From IMG/VR virus record IMGVR_UViG_3300032218_003507, positions 1-25,992 of that record: 25,992 nt of DNA; one strand, written 5' to 3'. Source of the DNA: a virus. The position numbers and the translations under genes are program-made. Positions 24,024-25,992 of this stretch are shown here, in pieces; the first letter of the stretch is position 1; the number at the start of each line of letters is the position of its first letter. A model generated the notes under the pieces. It was given only the letters and a program-made list of their open reading frames with translations, did not search any database and was not told where the DNA came from.

Positions 24024-24362
24024 TCAATTGCTGGAACACGCGGGCGCCTTCAATCGTGGAACACGCGGGCAGGTGGGAAGGGCTCGAGCGGCTGGGGTCG
24101 GCCTGATAACGGTCGCGGTCACGATTACCGGCCGGCGGCGGCCGGCCGGCCGGGCGTTGTGCTCAAGTTCGCGGGCGAGCTCGTGCGCCCAAGCGGCGAA
24201 AGCGTCGCGAATAAAACCGAGCCCGGCCAGGATCCGCGGAGCAAGCCATCGGGCGAGACTATCGGCCAGGCGGTCGGCGGCGGCCGATAGACCGGCCAGG
24301 CCGGCCGCGGCGGCGGTGGGGGTGTTTATCGGGCGGCCGGCTGTTTTGGTTTTGGTGGGCAT
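24024..24362 (-). CDS. Hypothetical Ala/Arg-rich protein, 112 aa (MPTKTKTAGRP...)
   Basis: CCAGGAGCCCCGACA leader before ATG 24362, shared with the next gene. Confidence 0.65.
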   Translation of the reverse strand: MPTKTKTAGRPINTPTAAAAGLAGLSAAADRLADSLARWLAPRILAGLGFIRDAFAAWAHELARELEHNARPAGRRRPVIVTATVIRPTPAARALPTCPRVPRLKAPACSSN

Positions 24363-24390
24363 TGTCGGGGCTCCTGGTGGGTGTTGTTGC

Positions 24391-24430
24391 TGGTGCTCGT
24401 GGTGCTCGTGGTGCTCGTGGTGCTCGTGGT
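24391..24430. repeat. Tandem repeat (TGGTGCTCG)x4 + TGGT
   Basis: Read directly in the intergenic leader. Confidence 0.9.
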
Positions 24431-24687
24431 CAATCGGCGAACATTGAAACCGTCCGCGGCCGCGGGGCCGGCAGTTTGCTGGTAAATTTTGGGGGCTCCG
24501 TTGCCCCGTGGTCGGCCAGCTTCTTGACGAAAAATTCAGCCGCCCACCAGGCGTCAGAGCCGCGGCCGCCGGCGAGCTCGGCCGCTCGGCCAAGATCCCC
24601 GGCCGCCATTGTTTCGACGATGGCACGAGCGGCGGCCGGCATGCCGGCGAGTTCAGCGGAAAGCCGGCAGAATTGATTGAGCGTCAT
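24430..24687 (-). CDS. Hypothetical protein, 85 aa (MTLNQFCRLSAEL...)
   Basis: CCAGGAGCCCCGACAA leader before ATG 24687. Confidence 0.75.
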   Translation of the reverse strand: MTLNQFCRLSAELAGMPAAARAIVETMAAGDLGRAAELAGGRGSDAWWAAEFFVKKLADHGATEPPKFTSKLPAPRPRTVSMFAD

Positions 24688-24734
24688 TTGTCGGGGCTCC
24701 TGGTTTGGAATTGTGGTCAATCGGCAACAATGAT

Positions 24735-25343
24735 TTAAAACGGGGCAAACCGTGGACGGCCGGCGGAATGGTGGCGGCGGAATTGTTCGGCAGACGAGCG
24801 GCTCACGAGGTAGTTTTTCCCGATCTTGAGACCGTGCACGCGGCCGGCTTTCACGAGCATCCGTAGCCACTGCTCGGTTATATCGGCCAGGCCGGCGGCC
24901 TCTGGCAGCGGGATCATGTCTTCGAGGCCGGCGGCCGCTGCCGGAGCGGCGGCCGGACGGTCGGCGGCCGCTCGATCAATGGCGGCCGCCATTGTTTCAT
25001 CGGCCGTCAACATGATCGGCGCCGGGGCGCTCACGATTTCCCACAAGGCCGCGGCCGGGTCGTCCTGCCCTAGTTCGGGGATTTCGGTATTGCTCAGTTC
25101 GCGCGCCACGTCGTCAAGGCCGCGGACGTTGGCGCCGTCGCCGATAGTAGTGGCATGCCGATTCTTAAACTGGAATTGCCCACCATGCGCGACGCCCAAA
25201 GCCTTAAAGGCTAGTTTTCGAATTTCGAGCGTGCGGGCAACCCGCATGGTCTCGAGCTCACGCATTTCGGAATAGATCGACCGGACCATTGACCACTCAA
25301 GGCCAAGTTCGGCGGCGGCGTTTTTGTGGGAGGCGGTCTTCAT
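24735..25343 (-). CDS. 202-aa protein with C-terminal HTH_17-type DNA-binding domain (paralog of 20764..20976)
   Basis: IPLPEAAGLADITEQWLRMLVKAGRVHG...RSS...F...GRPR; CCAGGAG RBS; upstream promoter. Confidence 0.85.
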   Translation of the reverse strand: MKTASHKNAAAELGLEWSMVRSIYSEMRELETMRVARTLEIRKLAFKALGVAHGGQFQFKNRHATTIGDGANVRGLDDVARELSNTEIPELGQDDPAAALWEIVSAPAPIMLTADETMAAAIDRAAADRPAAAPAAAAGLEDMIPLPEAAGLADITEQWLRMLVKAGRVHGLKIGKNYLVSRSSAEQFRRHHSAGRPRFAPF

Positions 25344-25364
25344 TCGTTCGCTCCTGGTGCTCTA

Positions 25365-25392
25365 ATAATATCCAGTCGGCAACAATGCACAA
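25365..25392 (-). promoter_or_regulatory. sigma70-like promoter TTGTGC-N16-TATTAT with GCCGACTGGA box; heads the - strand block
   Basis: Shares GCCGAYYGGATA(T/G)TAT with two other promoters; AT-rich upstream tract. Confidence 0.65.
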
Positions 25393-25453
25393 GGGGGATA
25401 AATCTAAAAAAAGTTTTTCGGGCAAATTCAGGCCGGAATTTTCCTAATTTGCT

Positions 25454-25471
25454 TATTTCGCTCGCGAAATA
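25454..25471. promoter_or_regulatory. Palindromic site TATTTCGC-TC-GCGAAATA (copy 1 of 3)
   Basis: Read directly. Confidence 0.7.
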
Positions 25472-25533
25472 TCAAACTGGACACTTTGGCAAAATCGAAT
25501 TACGGGCACCATGCTACCCCCTACGTGGTGGGG

Positions 25534-25677
25534 TGCTCCCCTGCTCCCCTGCTCCCCTGCTCCCCTGCTCCCCTGCTCCCCTGCTCCCCTGCTCACCTGC
25601 TCCCCTGCTCCCCTGCTCACCTGCTCACCTGCTCACCTGCTCCCCTGCTCCCCTGCTCCCCTGCTCACCTGCTCACC
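25534..25677. repeat. Tandem 8-bp repeat TGCTC(C/A)CC x18 (12 C-type, 6 A-type)
   Basis: Counted directly. Confidence 0.95.
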
Positions 25678-25715
25678 GGGCATCGGGCATCGGGCATCGG
25701 GCATCGGGCATCGGG
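25678..25715. repeat. Tandem 7-bp repeat GGGCATC x5 + GGG
   Basis: Counted directly; abuts the 8-bp array. Confidence 0.95.
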
Positions 25716-25774
25716 TGACGACCGGCACCAGGCCGTCCGATGATCGACAGACGATGATCGACCGACGAGCGGCG

Positions 25775-25798
25775 GAATATTTCGCATGCGAAATATTC
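25775..25798. promoter_or_regulatory. Perfect 24-bp palindrome GAATATTTCGCATGCGAAATATTC (copy 2 of 3)
   Basis: Read directly. Confidence 0.75.
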
Positions 25799-25875
25799 TC
25801 CCCTGCCATGCGTCGCCAACTAGGCCAGGCCGTCGAGCACCAGGCCGTCATGCCATCCCGCAACCATTCCGAAAA

Positions 25876-25893
25876 TATTTCGCTTGCGAAATA
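25876..25893. promoter_or_regulatory. Palindromic site TATTTCGC-TT-GCGAAATA (copy 3 of 3)
   Basis: Read directly. Confidence 0.7.
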
Positions 25894-25992
25894 CTCCGTT
25901 CCCCCGCGGCGGAGGGGGTTTGGTAGCGTGGTGGCACCCCCACCATAGGGGGGGTGGGGGGTAGGTTCTTCCGGCCGGCGAGGCCGCCGGCC

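Larger units (their letters stand above)
1..25992. mobile_element. Segment of a tailed dsDNA (siphovirus-like) bacteriophage or prophage genome
   Basis: Tape measure gene preceded by tail tube and chaperone genes. Dense, stop/start-overlapping small ORFs, two convergent transcription blocks, no host housekeeping genes and no sheath gene. Confidence 0.95.

Noticed and set aside
24363..24626. His-rich (HEHHEH) N-terminal extension of ORF 24024..24626 as a metal-binding protein
   Set aside because: It is the translation of the 9-bp DNA repeat and overlaps a better gene (24430..24687). A clear RBS supports the start at 24362.
25534..25715. CRISPR array
   Set aside because: The units are 7-8 bp and directly abutting, with no unique spacers and no cas genes.
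25326..25948. ORFs 25326..25718, 25486..25743 and 25511..25948 encoding (PLLPCSPA)n
   Set aside because: All three frames give the same low-complexity peptide because the 8-bp repeat lacks stops; no RBS; the region looks regulatory.

Overview
This window is part of a GC-rich, siphovirus-like dsDNA tailed phage genome. A Planctomycete-like host is my inference from gene style and is not proven. On the + strand (1-19747), small accessory genes are followed by a glycan-modification trio: a beta-propeller glycosidase-like protein, a SAM methyltransferase and a GT2-TPR glycosyltransferase. The tail module comes next: completion/neck proteins, two paralogous tail-tube-like genes, a G/GT-type chaperone pair with a T9 slippery site, the tape measure protein, tail-tip proteins and an AT-richer fibre-like gene. 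After it are an HExxH protein / metallophosphoesterase / DUF6378-like cluster and a run of membrane or secreted proteins around a papain-like cysteine peptidase, with no recognisable endolysin. The - strand (19756-25343) carries a convergent early-type region of small genes. It has two paralogous HTH proteins, sigma70-like promoters sharing a GCCGAYYG box, and conserved intergenic hairpins with a 3x3 internal loop. The last ~550 bp are non-coding, with tandem repeats, three TATTTCGC-NN-GCGAAATA palindromes and a cosQ-like motif, suggesting a genome end/packaging or origin region. No integrase, capsid, terminase, tRNA, rRNA or CRISPR array was seen. All family assignments come from motif recognition by eye, not from database searches.
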